Shown here piece by piece: positions 18,319 to 27,100 of a stretch of DNA of 64,000 nucleotides. This stretch comes from Planctomycetota bacterium. GTDB lineage: Bacteria; Planctomycetota; UBA8108; SXIK01. Location: the NCBI GenBank assembly GCA_965223845.1, contig CBDCXR010000004.1, positions 2,560,001 to 2,624,000 on the forward strand. Reading direction: 5' to 3'. The translations under genes were made by a program, and so were the position numbers. The notes below the pieces were generated by a model. It was not told the DNA's origin. It was given only the letters and a program-made list of their open reading frames with translations, and made no database searches. How positions within the stretch are numbered: the stretch's first letter is position 1; every line of letters starts with the position of its first letter.

Positions 18319-21300
18319 TCACAGCTTCGCGATTTGAGCCTGGATCCGCGCGAGCAGGGCCGCGTAGGGCGCCCGCTTCGCATACAGCGCGGCCTCGCCG
18401 AAGAGTCGTCGTGCCCGCTCACGATTCGCTGGGGTGTCCCCGGTTGCCATCTCGAGGGCGCCACGCGCGAAGCAAAAGCGAGCCTTCCAGTAGTTGAGCT
18501 GGAGCTTCTTCGCGAGGTAGTTCCCTTCCTCGTAGCAGAGGAACACGCGCTCGCGGTCGTTCTCCTCGATCAGGAATTCCCCCAGATAGATGTAGAGAGG
18601 GAGGAGGTCTCGCTCGGCGCCTTCCTCCTTGAAGATGCTCTCAGCGCGGTTGAAGTAGGTCAGCGCCCGGCGGCGCTGATTCCGCGCCGCGAAGACGAGC
18701 GCCTGGAGCATGAGCGCCCTCCCTTGACTCACGCGGCTCCGATTGAGCTGATCGAGCTCGTTCAAGGTCTTCACGTAGCCTTCGGCCTGCTCGAGGTTTC
18801 CGAGTCGGACCTGCGCGACGATGAGATGGACGAGGAATCGCTCGATGTAGTAGTAGAGGCGCCGCTCGCGCGCGAGCTTGAGTCCGCGCTCACCCTCGTG
18901 AAAGAGCATGAGGAAATCGCCGCGAAGCTGGCAGAGGCGACACTGGAACTCGAGCAGCTTGAGGAGTGCGCGCGGCTCTTCCGGCTCGCCCGGGTAGGCG
19001 GCCTGGATGTACTCGACCGACCGATCGAGTCGACCGCGATCGAGATTCATGTTCGCGAGCACGAAACGTGCCTCCGACATGCTGAGATCATTCCCGATGC
19101 GCTCAGCGTTCTCGAGCCCACGGAGGAGCGCCTTCTCCGAGTCTTCGTATTGGCCGAGCCGCCGGTGCGACTCGCCGAGCAGGTTGAGCGCTTTGACGAG
19201 CCCGACGCGATTCTTGCTCTCGTCGTAGAGCCGCACCGCCCGGCGGAGGACTTGCGCCGCCGTTTCGTCGTGTCCGAGGAAGAGCTCGAGTCCGCCGAGC
19301 TCCGTCATCGCATCGGCGCACGCGCTACGCTCCCCCATGCGCCGTCGAAGATCAGCACAGAAGCGAAACTGATTGCGGGCGAGCGTAAACTTGTCCTTGT
19401 ACTTGTAGAGCTTACCGAGGCAGTGGAGAGTCGAGTCGCTCGACGACATGCCGGGTGCAGAGTCGAGGAGATTGAGAGCTCCCGCGCCGCTCCGCGTCGC
19501 TTCACGTTTCTGTCCGAGATAGTAGTGATTCTCGGCGAGAAGGAGCTGGAGCTCCGCGAGCTCGGAGAAGCGGTTCGCGAGCAACTTCTTTCGATCGACG
19601 ATCTCGCAGAGCTCGAGACTCTCGCGATAGCGTCCCTGAAGAAAACGAATCCGGGCGCGAACGAGGAGGACGTTCGCGCGCCACATGCCGGGGGCGGCCT
19701 CCGATTCGCCGCAGCTCGCTTCTACGTCCTGGAGGCCGTTCTCCGAGCGGCGGAAATCGCCGAGCGACATGTTGACGCGCGCGAGGTCGATGAGCACCTG
19801 AAGCGGGTGCGGATCTTGTCCCACGCCGTCGGACCTCTGGGCGATCACGCGGAGCTCACGTCGAGCGGTTTCGAAATCTCCGACTCGCATATTGAGCCGA
19901 GCGATCTGGTAGCGAACGCGCAGCCACTCCTCGCTCTCCTCATCGCGGAGAAGCTCCTCGACGCGCTCGTAGGTTTCGAGAGCCGCGTGGAGGCGGAACT
20001 CCTCCTCGTAGAGAAGGCTCGCCTCGAGACCGTAGCGAACTCCCTGATCCCTGTTCCCAGCGAGGAGGAAGTGACGCGCGAGCTTTCTCGGTCGCGAGAG
20101 GCCGACCGAAGAGTAGTAGTGCTCGCACAAGGTTCCGGCTCGGTCATGAAACGTCGCCCGCTCGTCCTCCGGCACCATGCGGTACAGGATCTCCCGCGCG
20201 CTCGAATGCACGAACCCGAAGCCGGTCCCGTCGACGCGAACGAGCCCCGCTTCCCGTAGGTGCTCGAGCGCCTCGGTCGACGCAACGCCGGACACGCGAG
20301 CGAAGTTCGCCGCGAGGGGCAACTCCGTCGAGTCGCCGAGGAAGGCGATCGCGACGGCGAGGCGAGTCGCGTCGGTCGAGAGGGACTTGATCTTCGCCTT
20401 GAGCTCCTTTCGCACCTGGAGCGGAGGCTCGACGCCGGCGGCGTCCTCCTCGAGCCGCCAGCCGCGCGGGAGCCTCTGGATCACGCCTTCGGAGATGTAC
20501 TGAGCACAGATCTGCGTGATCACCGCCGGATTGCCGTCGCTCATTGCGGCGAGCTGCCGGACGAACCAGTCGGGAAACTGGTGACCGGTGAACAGGTGCT
20601 GAAGGAGCGCGGCGACGTCCGAACGGTGGAGTCGCTCGAGTCGCACGTCGAGAAACAGATCGTCGCGGTCGGAGAGTAGAAGCTGAGCGAGCAAAGAATT
20701 CTCGGTGAGCTCCTCCTCGACTACGGTGGCCGTCGTCAATAGGCGGCTGTCTTCGACGACGGTCTGAGACTGCGCCTCGACGAGCTCATGGACGAACCGG
20801 ACCACGAGATCGCCCGCCGACTCGAGCCGCTCGAAGTGTAGGACCACCGGTCGCTCGCGGCTGCTCTCGAGAGCGGATTCGACGAGCCGGCGGAGGATAT
20901 CGCTGAACCCCGAATCGCCGCCGACATCGCCGGCGTCGATTGCAGCGCGCACCTGCGCGTAGACTTCCGCGTGGAGCTCGTCGACGAAGATTCGCGAGAG
21001 CTGTTCGAGAAGCGTATCGAAATCCGAGTTCGGTCGCTCCGCGTTCGCGTCGCAATCGACGTCGAGATAGATCACGCCGCGCGTCTGCGTGAGCACGCGA
21101 AGCTCGACGACGAAGTTCGCCTTTCCGATTCCGCGCTCGCCGCGGATCACCGCCATGCGGCCCTTCGGAAACACCGGGATCCAGTGAGTCTGGAACTCGC
21201 CCGGCTCGCCTTGGTCGAACCGCGCCATCTCCATGTCCTCGTGGTGAAACTCGCTCTCGTCGATGGCGCAGACACTGTGGAACAGCCGGTAGAGCGTTTT

Positions 21301-22323
21301 TAGATACTTTTCGCGGGACTGGATGTGAGGTGAGCCGAGATAGCTCTTGGCGGTCTCGACGGTTTCGAGTGGGAAGTCGAGCTCGGTGACTTCGTTGAGC
21401 GCGGCGATGACACCGGTCGCGCCTTGAAATCGATCGGGGGGATTCTTCTCGAGGAGCCGGAGGATGACCCTGCTGAGCGTGGGCGGCACCGAGGGAGCGA
21501 TCCGAGCGGGAGGCGTCGGCGCCGTCTCGAGATGGGCCTTCAGAACGGCGATCTTGTTCTTGCCTTGAAACGGCACGCGGCCCGCGGCGAGTCGGTACAG
21601 CACCGCACCAAACGAATAGAGATCGGTGCGTCGGTCCACCTGAGACCCGGTGATCGTTTCGGGTGCGATGTAGTTGGCCGTGCCGACCAGACGCCGTCCG
21701 CCGAATTCCTTCTCGCGCTTCGTGAGCCCGAAGTCGATGAGCTTGACTTCGGGGATCCTCTTCCCGTCATCCTCGCTCCACCGGACGAGGATGTTCTCCG
21801 GCTTGATGTCTCCGTGAACGAGTCCACGCGAGTGAATGAACTCGAGACCGCGCAGGATCTGCACCGTGATGTCGAGAAAGATGTTCAGCTCGTCGGCACG
21901 AGCGAGATTGAGCCGCGAGCAGGCCTCGAGGAGATGTTCCCCCTCGACGTACTCGCAGGTGAAGTAGTACTCGCCGAGCTCGAGATCGAAGCCGAAATCG
22001 TAAACGCGCGCGAGCCCGGGGTGAGCGAGCATCGCCATCGCGAGGAACTCGTTTCGAAGAACCGCGACGGCGCTGTTGTCGTCGCCGTCGCCTTCGCGGA
22101 CTCGCTTGATCGCGACCTGGCGTCCGTCGCCGAACAAGTCCTCCGCAAGTGCAACCGCCCCCATCCCCCCTTCACCGATCGTCCTCAGACAGCGATATCG
22201 GCCGGCGACCGTTACGGCCTCGGCCTGCGTGCGTTCGATTGTCGGTGCGTCGTTCATGAGGGAGCGAGTCCATCTCCTTACCCGCTCTCCGGCCTCGGGG
22301 CTCGCCGGAGCAGTCTGCGTCAC
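18319..22323 (-). CDS. Ser/Thr protein kinase with a STAND/AAA-like NTPase region and TPR repeats
   Basis: IGEGGMGAV, VAIK, HGDIKPEN, DFG, GTANYIAPE, DLYSFG; then GERGIGKAN and C-terminal TPR-like helical repeats. Confidence 0.88.
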   Translation of the reverse strand: MTQTAPASPEAGERVRRWTRSLMNDAPTIERTQAEAVTVAGRYRCLRTIGEGGMGAVALAEDLFGDGRQVAIKRVREGDGDDNSAVAVLRNEFLAMAMLAHPGLARVYDFGFDLELGEYYFTCEYVEGEHLLEACSRLNLARADELNIFLDITVQILRGLEFIHSRGLVHGDIKPENILVRWSEDDGKRIPEVKLIDFGLTKREKEFGGRRLVGTANYIAPETITGSQVDRRTDLYSFGAVLYRLAAGRVPFQGKNKIAVLKAHLETAPTPPARIAPSVPPTLSRVILRLLEKNPPDRFQGATGVIAALNEVTELDFPLETVETAKSYLGSPHIQSREKYLKTLYRLFHSVCAIDESEFHHEDMEMARFDQGEPGEFQTHWIPVFPKGRMAVIRGERGIGKANFVVELRVLTQTRGVIYLDVDCDANAERPNSDFDTLLEQLSRIFVDELHAEVYAQVRAAIDAGDVGGDSGFSDILRRLVESALESSRERPVVLHFERLESAGDLVVRFVHELVEAQSQTVVEDSRLLTTATVVEEELTENSLLAQLLLSDRDDLFLDVRLERLHRSDVAALLQHLFTGHQFPDWFVRQLAAMSDGNPAVITQICAQYISEGVIQRLPRGWRLEEDAAGVEPPLQVRKELKAKIKSLSTDATRLAVAIAFLGDSTELPLAANFARVSGVASTEALEHLREAGLVRVDGTGFGFVHSSAREILYRMVPEDERATFHDRAGTLCEHYYSSVGLSRPRKLARHFLLAGNRDQGVRYGLEASLLYEEEFRLHAALETYERVEELLRDEESEEWLRVRYQIARLNMRVGDFETARRELRVIAQRSDGVGQDPHPLQVLIDLARVNMSLGDFRRSENGLQDVEASCGESEAAPGMWRANVLLVRARIRFLQGRYRESLELCEIVDRKKLLANRFSELAELQLLLAENHYYLGQKREATRSGAGALNLLDSAPGMSSSDSTLHCLGKLYKYKDKFTLARNQFRFCADLRRRMGERSACADAMTELGGLELFLGHDETAAQVLRRAVRLYDESKNRVGLVKALNLLGESHRRLGQYEDSEKALLRGLENAERIGNDLSMSEARFVLANMNLDRGRLDRSVEYIQAAYPGEPEEPRALLKLLEFQCRLCQLRGDFLMLFHEGERGLKLARERRLYYYIERFLVHLIVAQVRLGNLEQAEGYVKTLNELDQLNRSRVSQGRALMLQALVFAARNQRRRALTYFNRAESIFKEEGAERDLLPLYIYLGEFLIEENDRERVFLCYEEGNYLAKKLQLNYWKARFCFARGALEMATGDTPANRERARRLFGEAALYAKRAPYAALLARIQAQIAKL

Positions 22324-22529
22324 GGACCCGAGCGGCCCCCTCTTCCGCGTCCCGTCGATCCGTTCCCCCGAGCCAAACGCCGGACGATCTCCAGCGCCGG
22401 ACTAGCTCGAAGGACGACCAAGAATACGATGCTGGCCAAGCGACAACTTCTCGGTCGCGCCCGTGCCGCGTGACCGGCCCCACGCGGCTGCGTGATCGGA
22501 CGAGTCGGTTCGGTTATCGGGCAGCGACC

Positions 22530-23735
22530 CTATCGGATGGCGACGAGCCCGCCGGGAAGTCGGCGGACTCGACCCTCGGACTCGAGCCGAGAAAGCTCCG
22601 CGGTGATCGCCGAAGGAGGCGCCGAGAGTACGTCGGCGAGAGCGTCCGCCGACTCGGCGTCCCCCGATCGAAGCGCAGCGACGATCGCGTGAGCCAGCGC
22701 GCTCGCGTCGCTCGGAAGCGAGTCCTCGGGCGCGCCGGCGGAACGGCACTCCGCGCGAAGAGTTTCACGCATCCCCGGCGGGAGACCCGATGGATCGAAG
22801 GCGAGCGCCTCGACGAGGTCGCTCGGTTCGACCGCGACCGCGGCACCGTCCCGCAGGAGACGAAGGCAGCCGGCGCTCTCTTCTCGATCGACCGGACCGG
22901 GGAGCGCGAACACCGTCGCTCCCTGCTCGAGCGCGTGATGGACCGTGATCAAGGTGCCGCTCTTCCATCCTGCTTCGACGACGAGGAGGATTCGCGAGAG
23001 GCCGCTCAGAATCGCGTTTCGCATCGGAAAGTGAAACGCCCGCGGTGCCGCGGTAAAGGGGAACGGCGTGAGAACCGCTCCGCCGCGCTCGACGATTTCC
23101 TCGGCGAGCCGCGAATGCTCGCGCGGATAGAGGCGCCCCCACCCCGAGCCGAGGACGGCGATCGTCGCGCCGCTCGCTTCGAGAGTCGCACGGTGAGCTT
23201 CGGCATCGACGCCGCGCGCGAGTCCACTGACGATGACGGCACCGCAGCCGGCGAGCTCGGACGCGAAACGGCGCGCCTGACGGAGTCCGTAGGGAGACGG
23301 CCGCCTCGATCCGACGATGCCGATCGTCGGGGACGAGAGCGACATCGGAAGCTGGCCGCGCACGAAAAGGACGACGGGTTGCCCGGCGAGACACTCGAGG
23401 CGCGACGGGTAATCGGGTTCACCGCGACAGAGGATCCGAATGCCCTCGCGGCGCGTGGTCTCGAGCTCCCGCTCGGCCTCTCTCGCGATATCGCTCGACG
23501 CGAGACGCCGCGCGACGGCCGGACGCAGCTTGCCGCGCGATCGGAGCGCTTCGATCGCAGTGTCTACCCGGCGTGGATCGCCGCCCGCGTGATCGAGAAG
23601 GCCGATGCCGTCTTCCGGCGAGTAGATCGTCGCGAGATGGAGGCGGAGAAACGCGATCGTACGAGCGTCGTCCGCCGAACCGTTCCCCGCCGAGGTCGCC
23701 CCGTCCGCTCGATCGCAGCACGGTTTCTGAGTCAT
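22530..23735 (-). CDS. dprA: DNA-processing protein DprA
   Basis: IVGSR..SPYG, IVSGLARGVD, VLGSG, FPMRN..SGLS, VVEA..KSGTLIT, and a C-terminal wHTH. Confidence 0.93.
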   Translation of the reverse strand: MTQKPCCDRADGATSAGNGSADDARTIAFLRLHLATIYSPEDGIGLLDHAGGDPRRVDTAIEALRSRGKLRPAVARRLASSDIAREAERELETTRREGIRILCRGEPDYPSRLECLAGQPVVLFVRGQLPMSLSSPTIGIVGSRRPSPYGLRQARRFASELAGCGAVIVSGLARGVDAEAHRATLEASGATIAVLGSGWGRLYPREHSRLAEEIVERGGAVLTPFPFTAAPRAFHFPMRNAILSGLSRILLVVEAGWKSGTLITVHHALEQGATVFALPGPVDREESAGCLRLLRDGAAVAVEPSDLVEALAFDPSGLPPGMRETLRAECRSAGAPEDSLPSDASALAHAIVAALRSGDAESADALADVLSAPPSAITAELSRLESEGRVRRLPGGLVAIR

Positions 23736-23851
23736 GACTGTACGTTGTCCGTCGAAGTCGACGGCGCCGACGTTCAGCGCGGATCGGGCAAGCTCAGCGT
23801 GTATATACCACCGAATTCCCATCCCCGCTCGCCCGGCTCGAGACTACCGCT

Positions 23852-23880
23852 TTGGCACTCGCGATCGACGCGAATAGAAT
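23852..23880 (+). promoter_or_regulatory. Putative sigma70 promoter of lipoprotein paralog 1
   Basis: TTGGCA-17 nt-TAGAAT. Confidence 0.5.
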
Positions 23881-23966
23881 CGCCTTGGGTTTCGAGCGAC
23901 GAAGCTCTCTCGCCAACTCGCCGGAGTGCTCGGTGGCTCCGGCAACACCGAATGCGCTCCGGAGCG

Positions 23967-24689
23967 ATGACCGGACTCGAGAAGGCCGCGGTAGGGTTCG
24001 GTATCGCGATCGCGGTGACCGCCTGCGTTTACGACGAGATTCCGGATCGAGGGGACACCGTTCCCCTCTTCTCGTTTCCCGTGCGGCACCCATCCCGGTT
24101 GCTCAGCGCCGGAACGTTCCACGGCACACAGCTCTTCGTCGAGCTCGACCTCAAGAACGACATCGAGCCACGCGGCTATCTCACCGACGCCAAATATGAC
24201 GAGCGAATGGCGCCAATCGTGCCGCGAATCTCCGAGACGGCCGAGACGTATCGCATCGGCGCGCACCGCGTCGATCTTCACCGCGCGACGTGGATCGTCT
24301 CGAGCGACGATCCTCACGATTCGCGCGCGGCCCCGTTCCGCTACCCGATGCGACCGCTCTCGCGACTCTACCTCTTCAAGGAGGTACCCGGCGAGTTCAC
24401 TTTCTACTTTCGCGGCCAGAGAATCGTCGTCCCGTCGAATCGTCCTTGGCGACCATCGATTCACTACTACTACGGCACGCGACACGTGAACACCGAGGGG
24501 AGCGCGGTGCGGCTGGCTAGGTTCTGGGAAGTCGTTCAGATCGGGGAGTCGACGATCGAACGTGAGCCTCACCGCGCAACGTGGAATGTAGGCGGACAGC
24601 GATTCACTCCGCGGGAAGGAGAGTCGCTCCGCATATCCGATGCCGTACCCGCACGCGCGGGCGCCGAGCCTCGGGTGACGACACCCTAA
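23967..24689 (+). CDS. Hypothetical lipoprotein (paralog 1)
   Basis: 3' part of the 22470-24689 ORF. MTGLEKAAVGFGIAIAVTAC ends in a lipobox. Homologous to 25051-25797. Confidence 0.8.
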   Translation: MTGLEKAAVGFGIAIAVTACVYDEIPDRGDTVPLFSFPVRHPSRLLSAGTFHGTQLFVELDLKNDIEPRGYLTDAKYDERMAPIVPRISETAETYRIGAHRVDLHRATWIVSSDDPHDSRAAPFRYPMRPLSRLYLFKEVPGEFTFYFRGQRIVVPSNRPWRPSIHYYYGTRHVNTEGSAVRLARFWEVVQIGESTIEREPHRATWNVGGQRFTPREGESLRISDAVPARAGAEPRVTTP

Positions 24690-24928
24690 GGGCTCGATGA
24701 AGAAGCACTTCGAGTCGAGAACCGATTCGTAGCGCTCCGATTCGCCGCGGCCGACGCGGGCGATGTCCGTAGCTTTCGGGTATCGACGCGGCCGAGATGA
24801 GCATGGGTGTGGTGCATTTCTCGGCCGAATGTGCTTTCGGCGGGCGACTCCGGGTGCTCGGGCGTCCCCTTTGGCGGCGTGAACGAGGACGACCGCGGCG
24901 CGTGTCGGATCCGCGCGGTGAACCTGCG

Positions 24929-24956
24929 TTGCGATCGCACCCAGCGTCAGTAGAAT
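24929..24956 (+). promoter_or_regulatory. Putative sigma70 promoter of lipoprotein paralog 2 and rlmN
   Basis: TTGCGA-16 nt-TAGAAT. Confidence 0.45.
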
Positions 24957-25050
24957 CTCGGAGCGGACGGCCGCGCGCCGCCGCCGAGATCTTCTCGCAC
25001 CCGAAGCCTTTCGACCACCCGAGCGCGCCGCGACGACCAGCTCGACTGCG

Positions 25051-25797
25051 ATGAAACCATCGACTCCTCCCCGGCCCGGTCTAATTCCGCTCCTCCTTTC
25101 GACCCTCTCGACGATCCTCCTGTCGGGCTGCGTCAAAGAGAAGATCTCCGGCCGTGCAGATCTCGTTCCGCTCTTTGAGTTCGGCGTCGAGCTCCCGACG
25201 CGTCTTCTCAGCGCGGGAACCTTTCACGGGACGCAGGTCTTCGTCGAGCTCGACCTCGAGAACGACATCGAGCCCCGCGGCGTTCTGACCGACGCCAAGC
25301 TCGAGCAACGGATGGCACCGGTCGTGCCATCGATCGCCGAGGGCCTGGAGTCGTACTCCATCGGGGTCCATCGCATCGATCTACGTCACTCGACGTGGAT
25401 CCTGCCGCACGCCGATCCGGCGACGACTCGAAGCTCGCCGTTTCGCTACCCCGTACGGGCGGCGGCCCGTCTCTACGTGTTCAAGGAAGTTCAGGGCGAC
25501 TTCGAATTCGAGTATCGCGGCCAGAAGATCGTCGTCGAGTCGAAGCGCCCGTGGCTGCCATCGGTCCACTATTACTACGAGACCGAGTGGCTCGACCATG
25601 GGACGGAGAATCGGCGCGGCGTTCGGGCTGGGCGGCAGCGCACGATCCGCGAGGTCGTTCAGATCGGAAACACTTCGATCGAGAACCTCGCCGACGTTGT
25701 CCCGTGGAACGTCGGACGGCATCGGTTCACCCCGGGCGAGGGACGGACGCTGCGGATTTCGGGAGCGGTGCCGGCACTCGCGCCACCGAGCCGATGA
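25051..25797 (+). CDS. Hypothetical lipoprotein (paralog 2)
   Basis: Lipobox LLSGC. Shares RLLSAGTFHGTQ.FVELDL.NDIEPRG.LTDAK and PW.PS.HYYY with paralog 1. Confidence 0.82.
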   Translation: MKPSTPPRPGLIPLLLSTLSTILLSGCVKEKISGRADLVPLFEFGVELPTRLLSAGTFHGTQVFVELDLENDIEPRGVLTDAKLEQRMAPVVPSIAEGLESYSIGVHRIDLRHSTWILPHADPATTRSSPFRYPVRAAARLYVFKEVQGDFEFEYRGQKIVVESKRPWLPSVHYYYETEWLDHGTENRRGVRAGRQRTIREVVQIGNTSIENLADVVPWNVGRHRFTPGEGRTLRISGAVPALAPPSR

Positions 25798-26936
25798 CGA
25801 ATTCACCCGCCGGATCGAGGGATGCCGCCGCGGCCGAGACGTCGAGCGGCGTCGAGCTGCTTGGCCTCGCGGAAGATGAACTGCGCTCGCGAGTCGCGGA
25901 GTTTCTCCGCGAAACCGGCGCCCCCTCGTATCGCGCGAAGCAGATCCGTGAGTGGCTCTACACGCGCGACGCGGAATCCTTCGACGCGATGGACAACCTC
26001 CCTAAGACGCTCCGCGGGGCACTCGCCGAGCGGTTCGTGCTTCATCCACTTCGCGAAGAAGCGAGCGCACTCTCGCGAGACGGAACGCGCAAGTTCCTCT
26101 GGCGCCGGTCGGAGGGGAACCCGATCGAGAGCGTCGTGATCCCCGACCGCGATCGCGTGACCTACTGTGTCTCGACCCAGGCCGGCTGTCCGGTGAAGTG
26201 CACGTTTTGCGCGACGGGCTACGGCGGCTTTCAAGGTCAATTGAGTCCCGCCGAGGTCGTCGACCAAGTCGTTTCGATGCGGCGGATCACCGCTGCGCCG
26301 CCGACGAATCTCGTCTTCATGGGAATGGGCGAGCCGCTCCTCAACTTCGACGCGCTCCTCCGCGCGATCGGCGTGCTCACGGACGCTGCGCAGATCGGAC
26401 TCGGTGCGCGGCGTCTCACGGTCTCCACCATCGGCGTGCCCGAGCGGATCGTCGAGCTCGCGCGGCGGCATCCGCAGGTGAAGCTCGCGCTCTCGCTCCA
26501 CGCACCAGACGACGACTTGCGAACCGAGCTGATTCCGCTCAACCGCCAATACCCGCTTGCCGAAGTCCTCCGCGCCGTCGCGGAGCACGCGCGGATCGCC
26601 GGCCGGATGGCGACGTTCGAATACGTTGTCCTCCCCGGCGTCAACGACTCCGAGACGCACGCGCGGAGCGTCGTGCGTCGCCTCGAGGGAATCCCTTCGC
26701 GGATCAACCTCATCGGATTCAATCCCTTCGCGGAAGCTCCCTACGAAAAACCGTCCGTCGCGCGCCTCGAGACGTTTCGAGGCTGGCTCGAGGAGTTCCC
26801 CGGTCCCGTGACGATTCGGCGGAGCCGCGGTGAGGACATCGCGGGCGCTTGTGGCCAGCTCAGCTTGATTCGTCGGGGAGCGGCGCGCCCGAAGGATGCA
26901 GCGTGCGCGGAAGACGACCCGGGAGCGCGCGATTGA
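25794..26936 (+). CDS. rlmN: 23S rRNA m2A2503 / tRNA m2A37 radical SAM methyltransferase
   Basis: SRDGTRKFL, CVSTQAGCPVKCTFCATG, VFMGMGEP, LALSLHA, GEDIAGACGQL. The ATG overlaps the previous gene's stop (ATGA). Confidence 0.95.
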   Translation: MTNSPAGSRDAAAAETSSGVELLGLAEDELRSRVAEFLRETGAPSYRAKQIREWLYTRDAESFDAMDNLPKTLRGALAERFVLHPLREEASALSRDGTRKFLWRRSEGNPIESVVIPDRDRVTYCVSTQAGCPVKCTFCATGYGGFQGQLSPAEVVDQVVSMRRITAAPPTNLVFMGMGEPLLNFDALLRAIGVLTDAAQIGLGARRLTVSTIGVPERIVELARRHPQVKLALSLHAPDDDLRTELIPLNRQYPLAEVLRAVAEHARIAGRMATFEYVVLPGVNDSETHARSVVRRLEGIPSRINLIGFNPFAEAPYEKPSVARLETFRGWLEEFPGPVTIRRSRGEDIAGACGQLSLIRRGAARPKDAACAEDDPGARD

Positions 26937-27100
26937 GGGAGAAAGATCGAAGGGAACCGGCAGCGAAGATTCGCTAGCGGCTCCCTTCGTTGATCGCGAG
27001 TTCGACGCCTCCCCAAGAGACGGCGGAGATGGAGGTCGACCCGCGCCCGATGCTCGATTCACGCCCTGCGGCGGCGCCCTAGAGCTCGGCGAGAATCCTC

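Noticed and set aside
22470-23966. N-terminal two-thirds of the 739-aa ORF
   Set aside because: Antisense to dprA. The real gene starts at ATG 23967 with a lipoprotein signal.
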